A stretch of DNA of 64,000 nucleotides from an uncultured virus (IMG/VR IMGVR_UViG_3300033463_005796) (lineage: Duplodnaviria; Heunggongvirae; Uroviricota; Caudoviricetes): IMG/VR virus record IMGVR_UViG_3300033463_005796; one strand, given 5' to 3'. Below the pieces are notes generated by a model. The model had not been told where the DNA came from. It saw only the letters and a program-made list of their open reading frames with translations, and ran no database searches. The first letter of the stretch is position 1. Every line of letters starts with the position of its first letter. Positions 1-10,732 of the stretch are shown in pieces. A program made the translations under genes and the position numbers.

Positions 1-7
1 TATTTCA

Positions 8-1531
8 TTGACTTCACAATATGGAAATTATTTTGAATGGAAAAACCAAAACAATGAATCTGTTGATGGTACGCCTAGAGGAGAAATTCCAGCTAAATAT
101 ATAAGTTCATTGAATGTATTTAGACAACCAATAATAGGTTTATATGTACCAGAAAATTCTACTAACTCATATGTTTCATTTGTATTTTTTAAAGATTACA
201 ATGCTAACCAAACTGGCTCACATACAGAATATCATGTAACTACATCAACAATTCCATATGATTCAGATGTAAGTTCTACATATGCTACAAAAGACCAACT
301 GTCAAGCTATCTGGAAAAAAGCAATGTTGCGCATTTAAATACAAGTGGTTATACAGCGCAACCGGTCAATAGTAATGAAGAGCTTACAGGAACAATCTAT
401 TTGCATAAGATCTCAAAGACAGGATCTTATAATGATTTGCTCAATAAGCCAGATTTGACAAAGTATGTTGAATTAAGTGCATTGAATTCATTGCCATTGT
501 CTTCTTATACATATCTAAGTACAACTACAAATATAAGCAATGACATCCAAGCAGCTGTTGTCCATAAGGCTGGCAATGAGACATTGAGTGGTGATCTATA
601 TCTTTCACACCAGATTGAAAATAGATTCTATGATAAATATGTATTATCTATGAAGCTGCCAAAACCTGGTGCACCAATATATAGTACTGATGTCGAAAAT
701 TTGGAGACCGTAAGAGTTATATTTGATGAACATCCATTAAGTCAATTATACTATACTGGAGATATAGCATATACAATGGAAAGATATGATGGAAATACTG
801 TTTTATCATCTCAATATACGCATGCAACTAAAGTTTATGGCTCATCACCTAATACTATGTGTTTTTATTTTACTGGATTATGGTATAAAAATATTTGGAG
901 TAAGTTAAATTATTTTGAATTAAATAATGTTTCAGCTGATACTAAAGCAGCTATTATTGCTAGTGCACAAGATGCATCTAATAATGGTTCAACCACTAAT
1001 AAAATTAAATATTATAAGCAAGCATATACTGTGAATGGTAGTATAGTAGACTATACACAGTATACGTACAATAATTGGAACACTATTAGACCCGTCTTTA
1101 ACGACTATTATAATTCAAATGAAAATATAAATTGTATTGATAGATTCATACAAGAAAGTGACTTAGAAAAGCTTAAATGGAATGATTTTGAGAATTTCAA
1201 GAAAGAAATAAGAGATGTAAATCTTTATTATAAGATTGTTTCACCAGAAGTTTCAGGCATAACAAGCATCTCCGTTGATCTTGAAGATAGAGCTATAAAT
1301 GCATTGACTGTTGATGATAGCACTCTTTCAGCAACAATTACTTTCCCGAACAAAATACAGGGATATGCTCGTGACTTCTTTGTTCGCTTGACTGTTACTG
1401 GATCAAATATTCCAACATTCATCTTCCAAGAACCAGATGGATCATCAATTTCATTTGACGTTATTGAAAATGATTGGGCAAATATTGAACAGGGCGTCAA
1501 TATCTTGATGTTCACTGAAACTGCTCAATAG
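8..1531 (+). CDS. putative tail/virion-associated protein (probably truncated at window start)
   Basis: 507-aa ORF open from the window edge; contains a tail-fibre-like TGSYNDLLNKP segment and VVHKAGNETLSG motif; heads the + strand AT-rich block. Confidence 0.55.
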   Translation: MTSQYGNYFEWKNQNNESVDGTPRGEIPAKYISSLNVFRQPIIGLYVPENSTNSYVSFVFFKDYNANQTGSHTEYHVTTSTIPYDSDVSSTYATKDQLSSYLEKSNVAHLNTSGYTAQPVNSNEELTGTIYLHKISKTGSYNDLLNKPDLTKYVELSALNSLPLSSYTYLSTTTNISNDIQAAVVHKAGNETLSGDLYLSHQIENRFYDKYVLSMKLPKPGAPIYSTDVENLETVRVIFDEHPLSQLYYTGDIAYTMERYDGNTVLSSQYTHATKVYGSSPNTMCFYFTGLWYKNIWSKLNYFELNNVSADTKAAIIASAQDASNNGSTTNKIKYYKQAYTVNGSIVDYTQYTYNNWNTIRPVFNDYYNSNENINCIDRFIQESDLEKLKWNDFENFKKEIRDVNLYYKIVSPEVSGITSISVDLEDRAINALTVDDSTLSATITFPNKIQGYARDFFVRLTVTGSNIPTFIFQEPDGSSISFDVIENDWANIEQGVNILMFTETAQ

Positions 1532-1554
1532 CATAAATATATAAAAGATATAAC

Positions 1555-4176
1555 ATGTTTTCACCAATAATAAAACATATTTATTCAAAAGGACGTATAT
1601 TAGCATCTAAATCAAAGGGTTCTAATGTACTTGAGCAAGATATCTACAAGCCAAAAATAAAGCCGGTTAGAAAATACTATGAGCTATTAACATCATATCA
1701 AATAGATGAATGCAATGGAAATGATCCAACAATAGCTAATGTAAACTTTCCAAGCGGCACATATTCTGCACTTGACTATACACCTGTTTGGACAGGACAT
1801 AGATTTACTGGATGGTATACGACATCATCAACACCAACAACCGCGGTTGATGCATCTGGAACACAAATCCAAATATCTGAGTATGTTGTTTATAATGCTA
1901 TTAATGCTTATGCACGCTGGCAGCTTCCAACTACTGTGGCATTTGACGCAACGACAAATGGTGGACAAATGCCTTCAGGATGGACTGCTCCATATTATTA
2001 TGATGGACAACCGTTTGGAGAATTGCCAACTCCAACAAAGACTGACTATGTATTTGTTGGATGGTTTACTCAAAATGGAAATCCTATAAATACAACTACA
2101 CATCTAGATTCTAGCAATACATCACTTACAGCTAGATTCAAAAAGGCACCAACAGAAACACGTATTGATGTAACTATTGACAATGCTAGCTATAATAAGT
2201 TTGGAATATACTCAACTGTCTCTAGAGACCAATCTGTTCCAACAATTGTTGATTGGGGTGATGGAACTAGCGATACAATATCTGGCAATATTTCACAACT
2301 TGTCCATACATATGCTAGTCTTGGAACATATACAGTTACAATCAATAATACAATAAGATCAATTGCTTTATCATATAGTGGTAGTGCATGGTATAGCACT
2401 AATACTAAGAATAGATATATAAAAATGCGAGTGAAGAGCATTTCACATAATATAAGCTCATTCCCAGACTATGCATTCTATTATTGTCAAAAATTAACAG
2501 ATGTTGTATTTCCATTGAACTCAGAATTTACAACAATACCAAATTATTGCTTTAGTTATTGTACATCATTAACTTACATAAATATTCCATCAAGCGTAAC
2601 TACAATTGGATCATATGCATTTAGAGGAGCAGTATTTGATTCTATAGTTATTCCAGAAACAGTTACAAATATTGATACTGGTGCATTTACTGGATGTGAT
2701 AATCTTAGAAATATTGCAATTGCTCCTGGAAGTTCATTGACGCTTGGAAATTCGATATTTTCTAGTTGCTATTTTGGAAATGATTTGAGTGGAATTGGTG
2801 TAATTGATCTTTCAACAAGACCGCTTTCAGCTATTTCAAGCAATTTAATGAGTATGTGCACATATCTTAAAGATATTCGTCTTCCAAATACAGTAAAGAC
2901 TATTGGTATGAGATCATTTAGAGGATGTTTTGATGAACCAGAAGCTATTGGAAAGATTGAATTGCCAGAAGGAATTGAGACACTGGGAACAGGAGCATTT
3001 CAAGTAGCAACATATCTTAAGAAGGTTGAGCTTCCATCAACACTGCAATCAATTGGAAATACTGCATTTAGCGGTTGCTCATGTCTTACTGCAATAAATA
3101 GCTATGCATCGACTGCACCAACAACATTAAGCGGATCATTTGGAACATCTGAAGCTTCTTATACTGGAAGAGACACTTATCTATCAGGAATAAATAAATT
3201 GAATCTTCCATCTGAGAATAGCGGCTATGATGAAGATTATTGGTCAAGTGCGTTGCTAGATCCAGACAAATGTGGATTCACTATTGGATCACTGCCAGAC
3301 AAGTCTAAGACTAGAGCATACTATGCTGATGGAAGTATGATTGAATATGACATATCTGGAGAGCTTATGCCAGGAATCATTGATACTAACAACTTAGTAG
3401 AAGTTGAACTTGGCAATACTATTACATCAATTGGATTTGATGTAGAAAATGATATAGCTGTATTTGATGTATGCTCAACTCTTAAATCAATAGATATTCC
3501 ATCAAGTGTCCATACAATTGGAGACTATGTATTTTGGCAATGTGGAGCTCTTACATCTGTCTATCTTCATGATGGCTTGTCATCTATTGGAAATAGCGTA
3601 TTCAATGAATGCACTGCATTGCAAGCAATCCTTATACCAAAGACTGTAGAAAAAATGGGCAGTACTGTATTTGATACTTGTACTTCATTACAGTCTATAA
3701 CTATTCCAGCATCAGTATCTGATATTGGCACACAAACATTTTTAAGCTGCACATCTTTAAACTCTGCAATAATTCTAGGAAAAATAAATCTTCTTACAGA
3801 AGGTACATTTAAAGATTGCACTTCATTGAACTATGTATATTTGCCAAATGAACTTACTGGCATTGGAAAAGGAGCATTTCAAAATTGCTCATCATTGAAG
3901 AAGCTTGAACTTAATGACAATATTTCAAATATTGCTAATGGCGCATTTAGTGGTTGTACTAGCTTGTCATATATCATTTGCAATAGTAATACTGCTCCAA
4001 CTGTTCAATCTGGTACATTTGGATCAAACAATACTAACTATGTAGGAGCTAATACTGCATTATCTGGAACTAATACATTGATTGTTCCTGATGGATCAAC
4101 TGGATATGATACTTCATATTGGTCAAGCATATTGCAAGATTCAACTAAATGCGGGTTCACAAAGGAGGAAATATAA
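1555..4176 (+). CDS. BspA-type leucine-rich repeat (LRR_5) protein with InlB B-repeat-like and PKD-like N-terminal domains
   Basis: many IPxSVTxIGxxAFxxCxxL repeats in two blocks; LPTPTKTDYVFVGWFT and GHRFTGWYT B-repeat motifs; VDWGDGT PKD-like motif. Confidence 0.85.
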   Translation: MFSPIIKHIYSKGRILASKSKGSNVLEQDIYKPKIKPVRKYYELLTSYQIDECNGNDPTIANVNFPSGTYSALDYTPVWTGHRFTGWYTTSSTPTTAVDASGTQIQISEYVVYNAINAYARWQLPTTVAFDATTNGGQMPSGWTAPYYYDGQPFGELPTPTKTDYVFVGWFTQNGNPINTTTHLDSSNTSLTARFKKAPTETRIDVTIDNASYNKFGIYSTVSRDQSVPTIVDWGDGTSDTISGNISQLVHTYASLGTYTVTINNTIRSIALSYSGSAWYSTNTKNRYIKMRVKSISHNISSFPDYAFYYCQKLTDVVFPLNSEFTTIPNYCFSYCTSLTYINIPSSVTTIGSYAFRGAVFDSIVIPETVTNIDTGAFTGCDNLRNIAIAPGSSLTLGNSIFSSCYFGNDLSGIGVIDLSTRPLSAISSNLMSMCTYLKDIRLPNTVKTIGMRSFRGCFDEPEAIGKIELPEGIETLGTGAFQVATYLKKVELPSTLQSIGNTAFSGCSCLTAINSYASTAPTTLSGSFGTSEASYTGRDTYLSGINKLNLPSENSGYDEDYWSSALLDPDKCGFTIGSLPDKSKTRAYYADGSMIEYDISGELMPGIIDTNNLVEVELGNTITSIGFDVENDIAVFDVCSTLKSIDIPSSVHTIGDYVFWQCGALTSVYLHDGLSSIGNSVFNECTALQAILIPKTVEKMGSTVFDTCTSLQSITIPASVSDIGTQTFLSCTSLNSAIILGKINLLTEGTFKDCTSLNYVYLPNELTGIGKGAFQNCSSLKKLELNDNISNIANGAFSGCTSLSYIICNSNTAPTVQSGTFGSNNTNYVGANTALSGTNTLIVPDGSTGYDTSYWSSILQDSTKCGFTKEEI

Positions 4177-4177
4177 T

Positions 4178-5806
4178 ATGAGTACTGCTGGACATAATAC
4201 TTTAGGTGAAAAAAATAGGAATTTGACATACGCATATTATAGCAATAAAAGACTTCCAGTAGTTTATAATATAGCAGGAGAATTATCTGCAAATAGTATT
4301 GACCTTAACAATTTAGTATCAATTGAAATTGGAAAAAATATAACAAGTATTAGAAGTCAAACGTTTAGAGGTTGCTCTAGTTTAAGATCTGTTTTACTTC
4401 CTAATAGCTTATCAAGTATTGGAAGTCAAGCATTTGAAAATTGTACAGGACTTATATCTGTAGAAATTCCAAATAATATTAATCTTACAAAAATTAATTC
4501 ATATGTTTTTCAAGGATGTTCTAATTTAACTTCAATTATTATTCCAAATACAATTACTGATATTGAAAGCTATGCATTTTATAATTGTACTAATTTATCA
4601 TCTGTTGTAATTCCAGATAGTGTTTTTAGTATAGGAAGTCATGTATTTGCTGGTACTTCATTAAAAAATAAGTTTGTTTATAATAAATCTGAAACTACAA
4701 TTTGGCATGCACCAACTGATATTAGTGGATCATATAGTATTCCAAATAATATAACAAAAATTGGAAATTATGCTTTTAGCGAATGCACTAATTTGTCATC
4801 TGTTGTAATTCCAGATAGTGTAACATGTATTAAATCTAGTGCATTTAGATACTGTATTAATTTAGCTTCTGTTACACTTCCAGCCAGCATATCATATATT
4901 GATAGCTATACTTTTCAAGATTGCCATAGTCTTTCATCTATAGATATTCCAAGTAATGTAGATTCTATTTATTCTTGTGCTTTTGAAAATTGTATCAATT
5001 TGTCATCTATTTATATTTCAAAAAATGTTCGAACTATTGGCAGCGATGCATTCCACAGCTGTTCTGAACTTACATCTATAATATTTGAACAGAATGGTGC
5101 ATATCCATTAAACTTTAACGAAGGCACATTTCTTTATTGTCAAAAATTAACAAATATTGATATTCCTAGCAGGGTTGCCGAAATATATCCTACGACATTT
5201 AGATTCTGTGATAATTTATCATCAATAAATATTGATATCAACAATGCTAATTATAGTTCTTATAACAGTAATGTTATAGTTAAAAAAAGCACAAATACAT
5301 TAATTTTTGGATGTAAAAATTCAACAATTCCAGATAATGTAACATGTATTGATGATTATGCATTTTATTATTGTTCAGCACTCACATCAATAAATATTCC
5401 AAATAAAACAACTAAAATTGGATTTAAAGCATTTTACTACTGTACTAATCTATCATCTATAAATATTGGAAACAGTTTGACATGTATTGATGATTATGCA
5501 CTTGAAGGTTGTAATAAATTACAATCTATTGATTTTCCAGCCTCACTGAAAATTCTTGGTGATAATTCTTTGCAAAGTTGTAGATCACTATCATCTATAA
5601 CATGTAGAAGTACTGCTGCTCCAACTATTTATAGCCAAACATTTGGATGGGAAAATAGCAATTATACTGGAAGAAATACATATTCAACTGGAAACAATGT
5701 ACTTTATATTAGCCAAAATGCAACAGGCTATGATACTTCATACTGGTCAAGCATTTTGTTGAATTCAACAAAATGCGGATTCCATACTTCATATATTCAA
5801 ACATAA
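4178..5806 (+). CDS. BspA-type leucine-rich repeat (LRR_5) protein
   Basis: tandem IPDSVxxIxxxAFxxCxNL repeats; ATG at 4178 follows AAGGAGG and the upstream stop, so preferred to the 4082 start. Confidence 0.85.
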   Translation: MSTAGHNTLGEKNRNLTYAYYSNKRLPVVYNIAGELSANSIDLNNLVSIEIGKNITSIRSQTFRGCSSLRSVLLPNSLSSIGSQAFENCTGLISVEIPNNINLTKINSYVFQGCSNLTSIIIPNTITDIESYAFYNCTNLSSVVIPDSVFSIGSHVFAGTSLKNKFVYNKSETTIWHAPTDISGSYSIPNNITKIGNYAFSECTNLSSVVIPDSVTCIKSSAFRYCINLASVTLPASISYIDSYTFQDCHSLSSIDIPSNVDSIYSCAFENCINLSSIYISKNVRTIGSDAFHSCSELTSIIFEQNGAYPLNFNEGTFLYCQKLTNIDIPSRVAEIYPTTFRFCDNLSSINIDINNANYSSYNSNVIVKKSTNTLIFGCKNSTIPDNVTCIDDYAFYYCSALTSINIPNKTTKIGFKAFYYCTNLSSINIGNSLTCIDDYALEGCNKLQSIDFPASLKILGDNSLQSCRSLSSITCRSTAAPTIYSQTFGWENSNYTGRNTYSTGNNVLYISQNATGYDTSYWSSILLNSTKCGFHTSYIQT

Positions 5807-5845
5807 TAAAATCTAAAGTAATTAAATAAGATTGGAGATTTACAA

Positions 5846-6334
5846 ATGACATATGTAAAACGATTATCAGAAACTGCAATTGATGCAAATCCTCCACATT
5901 CAGCTGTTATTGATGGAAAAGTAATAGTTGGAACACTTCCAGAAGCATATCTTAATAGTATTGGATATTATCGTTATTCTACATCAACTGCACCAACACC
6001 ATATGATGGATATCATGTAGAAGCCAGATACAATTATGACAACGATGAAAATCCAACACAAATCATCCAATCATGGGTCCAAGTAAAAGATCCAGATGAA
6101 GTTGCAGTCTATTCAAAAGTCAAGATTCTTCTTGCAGCACAAGAAGCAGGATTTATAGAACAGCTTATTGAATTTATAAAGTCAAATACCATAATTGAAT
6201 GCATTTGGAATGCAAGCAATACAATTGAAGACAATGAACTGCTAGATAAATATATAAATGCTGTAGCTGAAGCTCTTGGAAAAACCGAGCAGCAGGTACG
6301 AGATTTCTTAGATGAATATTGCTTAGCTGACTAG
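5846..6334 (+). CDS. hypothetical protein, possibly tail-fibre accessory
   Basis: 162-aa ORF with GGAG RBS, last gene of + strand block. Confidence 0.6.
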   Translation: MTYVKRLSETAIDANPPHSAVIDGKVIVGTLPEAYLNSIGYYRYSTSTAPTPYDGYHVEARYNYDNDENPTQIIQSWVQVKDPDEVAVYSKVKILLAAQEAGFIEQLIEFIKSNTIIECIWNASNTIEDNELLDKYINAVAEALGKTEQQVRDFLDEYCLAD

Positions 6335-6341
6335 TTTTAAC

Positions 6342-6677
6342 TCAAGCAATAATCTGGTTCAGCAATCTGTTTTTGTCAAATTTAACAAATTCATCTAATG
6401 CTTTCTGTAGTCGTTCTACTTCTTTTGGTTTTAGTAGCACTTCGTCAAATGATCCAAACCTGCATTTGAAGCCAAAGATGTATTTGATTCCATGCCAGAG
6501 CCGCTTCCAGAATCCCATTGACTGGTTCAAGTGGACTTGGATATAGAGCTCATCATTCCAGTCAACATTGTCTTTGTACCAAGATACAATGAACTGATGA
6601 GAGACATCACCGCAGTCGCATACGAAAAGCTGCTGTTTTAATCCTCTGCCTGTCATAGCTGGTCGCTCCCGTGGCAC
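6342..6677 (-). CDS. hypothetical protein
   Basis: ORF abutting neighbours in - strand block. Confidence 0.6.
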   Translation of the reverse strand: MPRERPAMTGRGLKQQLFVCDCGDVSHQFIVSWYKDNVDWNDELYIQVHLNQSMGFWKRLWHGIKYIFGFKCRFGSFDEVLLKPKEVERLQKALDEFVKFDKNRLLNQIIA

Positions 6678-6988
6678 TCATCTGAGAAGTCATCAATGAA
6701 GTTAGACCTGTTTGAATACCATCCAGTCTTCCAATGCCGCTTTCCATTGTCATCGGTATACTTGAATGCCACAGGGAATTTCCCACTACGCAGCGGTCTC
6801 TTCAAAGCTGGTTCATAGTTTGGATGGGTGTCATCCCATGAATAGCGCTTGACTGGCTGCTCTGCTTTGAGCTTCTTAAGCTCCTTCAGCCACTGCGCCA
6901 GTTGCGCATGGTCGGCACGGCAGTCTTTACTGCATTTCTTGTCATTTGCTTTCTCAAAAGCATGTTCAATTGCTTGGTCTAATGTCAT
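6653..6988 (-). CDS. hypothetical protein
   Basis: MTLDQAIEHA...CRADHAQLAQWLKELK; start chosen after AAGGAAAG. Confidence 0.6.
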   Translation of the reverse strand: MTLDQAIEHAFEKANDKKCSKDCRADHAQLAQWLKELKKLKAEQPVKRYSWDDTHPNYEPALKRPLRSGKFPVAFKYTDDNGKRHWKTGWYSNRSNFIDDFSDECHGSDQL

Positions 6989-6999
6989 TTTGCTTTCCT

Positions 7000-8436
7000 T
7001 TATCTGCTTCTTTTCAAACGGATGTTCTGTCCCCACTCAAGCTCTTGGCCATCTTCAGTAAGGACCCAGAGGACTGGATATCCTGGCTGGCGGTCTGGAA
7101 TTGAAGTATAGCCATCTGTAAGGCAGATCACTACATTTGGTGGATCAATGTGGTTCTTGTCAATCCAATTGAAGACTGGATGGTGGTCTGTTCCTCCACC
7201 ACCATACATCTTCCATTCTTTGTTTGTTGGTGGATTTTCATCATCAGAGTAATGCTCCACTTTCTGGATGTCTGCATCACAGTAGATGACGTCAAGGTCA
7301 TACTTTCCAAATGAATTGAGAAGTCCTACAAGCTCTCCAAAGAACTTAGGAAGGTCAGGAATGCAAGAGCCTGACGTGTCAAGAGCAACAACTCCTTTGA
7401 ACTGCTGCTGCCGAGTCGACTGCATATAGACTCCTTTCCAGACATGGCGACGGTTTGGAGGAAGCCAGTGGCGATTTCCACCGAGCGTCTGAGTCACGAA
7501 CTGACGAAGCACCTGCTGCCAAGGGATCTCATTCTTTGGAAGGTCGTCGACAATTCCCTGAAGGTGAGCTGGAAGAAGTCCACGATTGCGCTTGCGAGCA
7601 AAGTCTGCTGCTGACTTGATCTTCCCGCAGACACGGTCTTCAATCTCTTTAGGGTCATCGTCTTTAGAGTCAGGATCTTCCTTCTTTTCATGAGAGTCAA
7701 ATCCTTTTCCATTCTTTGAACCCTTGAGGTTCTTAGAGTCTTTTCCTTGGTTCCAGTCTTCTGGGATATCGCCGATTGGAGATCCATCAGGATTTTGTGT
7801 CTTTCCACCACTTCCATCATCCCCTTGGAAGTCACTCTTCTTGTCGCCTTTCCCTAACTCGTCTTCACTGATAGAAATGCCTTTAGCCTTTTTCTTCTCT
7901 TCCTCAGTCAAAGTCTTTCCAGAACCAAGTGCTTTTCCCTGTTTAGCTTGCTGAAGAAGCTTGTCATAGATCTCTTCATATGAAAGGTCTTTCCATTCAG
8001 GCTTATGTGGAAGTACGAATGGCGCTTTCAAACCCTCTTTAGTAAGAAGAAAATGGATTTCAAGGTCTGTAGCCCAGTTCCACAGCTCCTTGTTGCGGTT
8101 CATTTTACGAAGGAAGTGACGAAGGATCACATGCCAGCATTCATGCGCAAGAACGAAAAGCCTCTCTTCTGGATCAAGCTTAGCGTAGAAAAGGACATCG
8201 ACCCAAATCTTGTCGCCATTTGTGCAAGCAGTGTCGACTTCTGGCCAATGCCCAACAAGGACATCAAGACGAGAGATCACATTTCCAGTAAATGGAAATT
8301 TCGCCATCAACGTCTGCTTGTCGATGGCGATCTGCTCTGAGACCCATTTGATGAGTGCTTCTTCCTGAGCTTTCTTCTGCTCTTCTGTCAGCTCAACATG
8401 CTTATGTTCTTTCTTAGGAGTTTGGCCGTAACCCAT
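7000..8436 (-). CDS. DUF2201-type putative metallopeptidase with C-terminal VWA-like domain
   Basis: TACTNG, FVLAHECWH (HExxH), WNWATDLEI, DTSGS MIDAS, GGGGTD, LTDGY. Confidence 0.85.
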   Translation of the reverse strand: MGYGQTPKKEHKHVELTEEQKKAQEEALIKWVSEQIAIDKQTLMAKFPFTGNVISRLDVLVGHWPEVDTACTNGDKIWVDVLFYAKLDPEERLFVLAHECWHVILRHFLRKMNRNKELWNWATDLEIHFLLTKEGLKAPFVLPHKPEWKDLSYEEIYDKLLQQAKQGKALGSGKTLTEEEKKKAKGISISEDELGKGDKKSDFQGDDGSGGKTQNPDGSPIGDIPEDWNQGKDSKNLKGSKNGKGFDSHEKKEDPDSKDDDPKEIEDRVCGKIKSAADFARKRNRGLLPAHLQGIVDDLPKNEIPWQQVLRQFVTQTLGGNRHWLPPNRRHVWKGVYMQSTRQQQFKGVVALDTSGSCIPDLPKFFGELVGLLNSFGKYDLDVIYCDADIQKVEHYSDDENPPTNKEWKMYGGGGTDHHPVFNWIDKNHIDPPNVVICLTDGYTSIPDRQPGYPVLWVLTEDGQELEWGQNIRLKRSR

Positions 8437-8514
8437 GTTGTTTTCCTTTCATTGAATTACATAATAATTATATCAAGATGATCCTGATATAGCAGAACAA
8501 TTTTTAATAAATTT

Positions 8515-8793
8515 TTATTCTTTTTCTTGGATCTTCTTAATCTTTTGACTTGGATCTTCATCTGGAAACACCAGAAAACAAATTTCAGTTGTCAGAACGA
8601 CAAATGAAACAAGTCCTGTCAAAAGCCAAAATGAAAGAAATGGAAACCAGACAGGAGCAAGAGTCCAAAGCCATGGCCAATGGATTACATTGCAAAGCTT
8701 AAGGACTGGAAGAAACCCAACATACAAGACCATTGCTGGCCCTGTAAAGATCAAATTCTTATGGTCTAAGAAGTATGGGAATGTCTTATTCAT
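8515..8793 (-). CDS. small membrane protein
   Basis: hydrophobic, LKLCNVIHWPWLWTLAPVW. Confidence 0.6.
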   Translation of the reverse strand: MNKTFPYFLDHKNLIFTGPAMVLYVGFLPVLKLCNVIHWPWLWTLAPVWFPFLSFWLLTGLVSFVVLTTEICFLVFPDEDPSQKIKKIQEKE

Positions 8794-8794
8794 C

Positions 8795-9130
8795 TTATTT
8801 CTTCTTTGATTTCTTTTTCTTTGACTTGCTTTGTTTTTCTACGATTGGATTTTCAGCAAAGTGCTGGTTCAATGCAGTTGGATCAACATTCATCATGAAG
8901 TCTGGATTTACTCCAGAAGATGCAATAGATGACATGACTAATGAGAACTGGTTGATGAACACATTGATGTATGACGCTAGCTGGACTGCATAATGATGGC
9001 ATTCATCATCGCCACCTGAGACACCCAATATAGTAAAGTCATAGTTGCCAGCTGATGTCCTCTTCACTTCAATGTTGATGTTGCTTGAGCTTCCAAGATC
9101 TTCCGCTGTAGTTTTTTCTTCTGATTCCAT
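8795..9130 (-). CDS. hypothetical protein (paralog of 20006..20311)
   Basis: shared GxSGGD...YAxQxAxYxxVFI motif. Confidence 0.65.
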   Translation of the reverse strand: MESEEKTTAEDLGSSSNINIEVKRTSAGNYDFTILGVSGGDDECHHYAVQLASYINVFINQFSLVMSSIASSGVNPDFMMNVDPTALNQHFAENPIVEKQSKSKKKKSKKK

Positions 9131-9156
9131 TATTTCACCTTTTAAATATTTTACAG

Positions 9157-9585
9157 CTATTCACCATGGCCAATTTCATTCAGAGTTGTTTTTGTTGTCC
9201 TCATCAAGACAACTTCATCTTCCCAGTTTTTGTTCTCGTCATCTTTGCATTTGTCTAAGAACTCTAGAGCCTCATTCTCAGTCTTGAACCCTTTAGCCGA
9301 GAAGATGTTCATAGTAAAAGTCTTATGTTCTCCAAGAAGCATTGGCTTTCCATCATATTTGCATTTCACTACGAAATCAACAACGGCGTCATCCATTGCA
9401 AATGTATCTGATGTCTTCCATGAATAATTTCCAACAACTGGAGTTGGAGCAACTGTTGTTTCTTTTATTGCATCTACTGCTTTCTCTAGAACAGTCGTAA
9501 GGAGCTGCTTTGTAGCTTCTATTGTCTCATTGCTGTGTGTAGCAGCTTCAACAGGCTGTTCTTCATTATTTGTTTCTGTTTTCAT
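9157..9585 (-). CDS. hypothetical protein
   Basis: 142-aa ORF overlapping the end of dnaJ. Confidence 0.6.
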   Translation of the reverse strand: MKTETNNEEQPVEAATHSNETIEATKQLLTTVLEKAVDAIKETTVAPTPVVGNYSWKTSDTFAMDDAVVDFVVKCKYDGKPMLLGEHKTFTMNIFSAKGFKTENEALEFLDKCKDDENKNWEDEVVLMRTTKTTLNEIGHGE

Positions 9586-10732
9586 ATTTTTCTAATTGTT
9601 CTTTGAAGTTCTTCAAATATACTTTAGGATTATATGTACTTTGGAGAACACTGTCCAGATAAGATTTTTCATCTGGAGTGATTGAATCAACATCAATCAT
9701 ATCATATGTGACTTTAACTAGCAGAGATCCTTTATGGTCAATTCCACGGTTCCTCAGAGTTATGACTTTGCCATTGTCTGTCTTAGGTGAAATGTCTATT
9801 TGTTCAGGCCCAAATGGAGTCAAGACCATTGTCTTTCCGCCTAAGACTCCCATGAATGGATGGATGAACAGATTTGTCTCAAGGTTGAATGAATCATCAG
9901 ACTGCCGTGTAAAGACACCATCTGTATTGTCGGAGAACACAACAATGAGAAGATGCCCATCTTTTCCACCATTTAGCCCAGCTTCACCACCGCCATTCAC
10001 TCTTAAGATCCCACCATTTGGAAATCCAACAGGGATCTTCACTTTGAACTCTTTAGATGTCCGAATGCGTCCAGCTCCACTGCAGTTAGAGCACTTGTCT
10101 TTCATCTCAAATCCAGATCCATTGCATCTAGTGCATGGAGTCTGGAAGATAGTATATCCTTCGACTCTTTGGTGGATTCCTGTCCCATGGCATTCAGAAC
10201 ATGCTGCAAAGCCACTGCATTTATGCCCGTGGCAAACCGGACAAACATCGAGTTTATCCATAGTGAAAGTCTTCTCTGCCCCATACAAGACATCGTCAAA
10301 GTTGACTTTCATTTGGATCCTTACAGTCCTGCCATTCTCAGGGTCTAGATTTGAAGGAGGATCTCTTCTTTGCTCTTTTTCATCATCTTCGAATGGATTA
10401 AATCCAAACCCACGCATGTGCTTACGGATGAAATCAGCAAGGTTGTCTGGCATTCCATCTCCAAACCCACCATGCTGAGCATGGCCTCTAAGGCCATCTA
10501 TCCCATACTCATCATATGCACTTCTTTTCTCAGGATCAGACAAGCATTCATAGGCAGCTTGTCCTTTCTTGAACATCTCTTCAGCTGCTTTCTTCTCAGC
10601 TTCAGACTTCCCATGCTGCATGTCTGGATGGTACTGCTTGGAGAAATGCCTAAAAGCTTTCTTGATGTCGTCAGCTGAAGCATTTCTGTCGACACCAAGA
10701 ATCTTGTAGAAATCTGTCTCTGAATCATTCAT
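9566..10732 (-). CDS. dnaJ: DnaJ molecular chaperone
   Basis: J domain DFYKILGV...HPD, G/F region, CxxCxGxG zinc-finger repeats, C-terminal domain. Confidence 0.92.
   Translation of the reverse strand: MNDSETDFYKILGVDRNASADDIKKAFRHFSKQYHPDMQHGKSEAEKKAAEEMFKKGQAAYECLSDPEKRSAYDEYGIDGLRGHAQHGGFGDGMPDNLADFIRKHMRGFGFNPFEDDEKEQRRDPPSNLDPENGRTVRIQMKVNFDDVLYGAEKTFTMDKLDVCPVCHGHKCSGFAACSECHGTGIHQRVEGYTIFQTPCTRCNGSGFEMKDKCSNCSGAGRIRTSKEFKVKIPVGFPNGGILRVNGGGEAGLNGGKDGHLLIVVFSDNTDGVFTRQSDDSFNLETNLFIHPFMGVLGGKTMVLTPFGPEQIDISPKTDNGKVITLRNRGIDHKGSLLVKVTYDMIDVDSITPDEKSYLDSVLQSTYNPKVYLKNFKEQLEKYENRNK

Noticed and set aside
1555..5806. Diversity-generating retroelement acting on the LRR genes
   Set aside because: No reverse transcriptase in the window; the near-duplicate segments are both coding and differences are not confined to adenines
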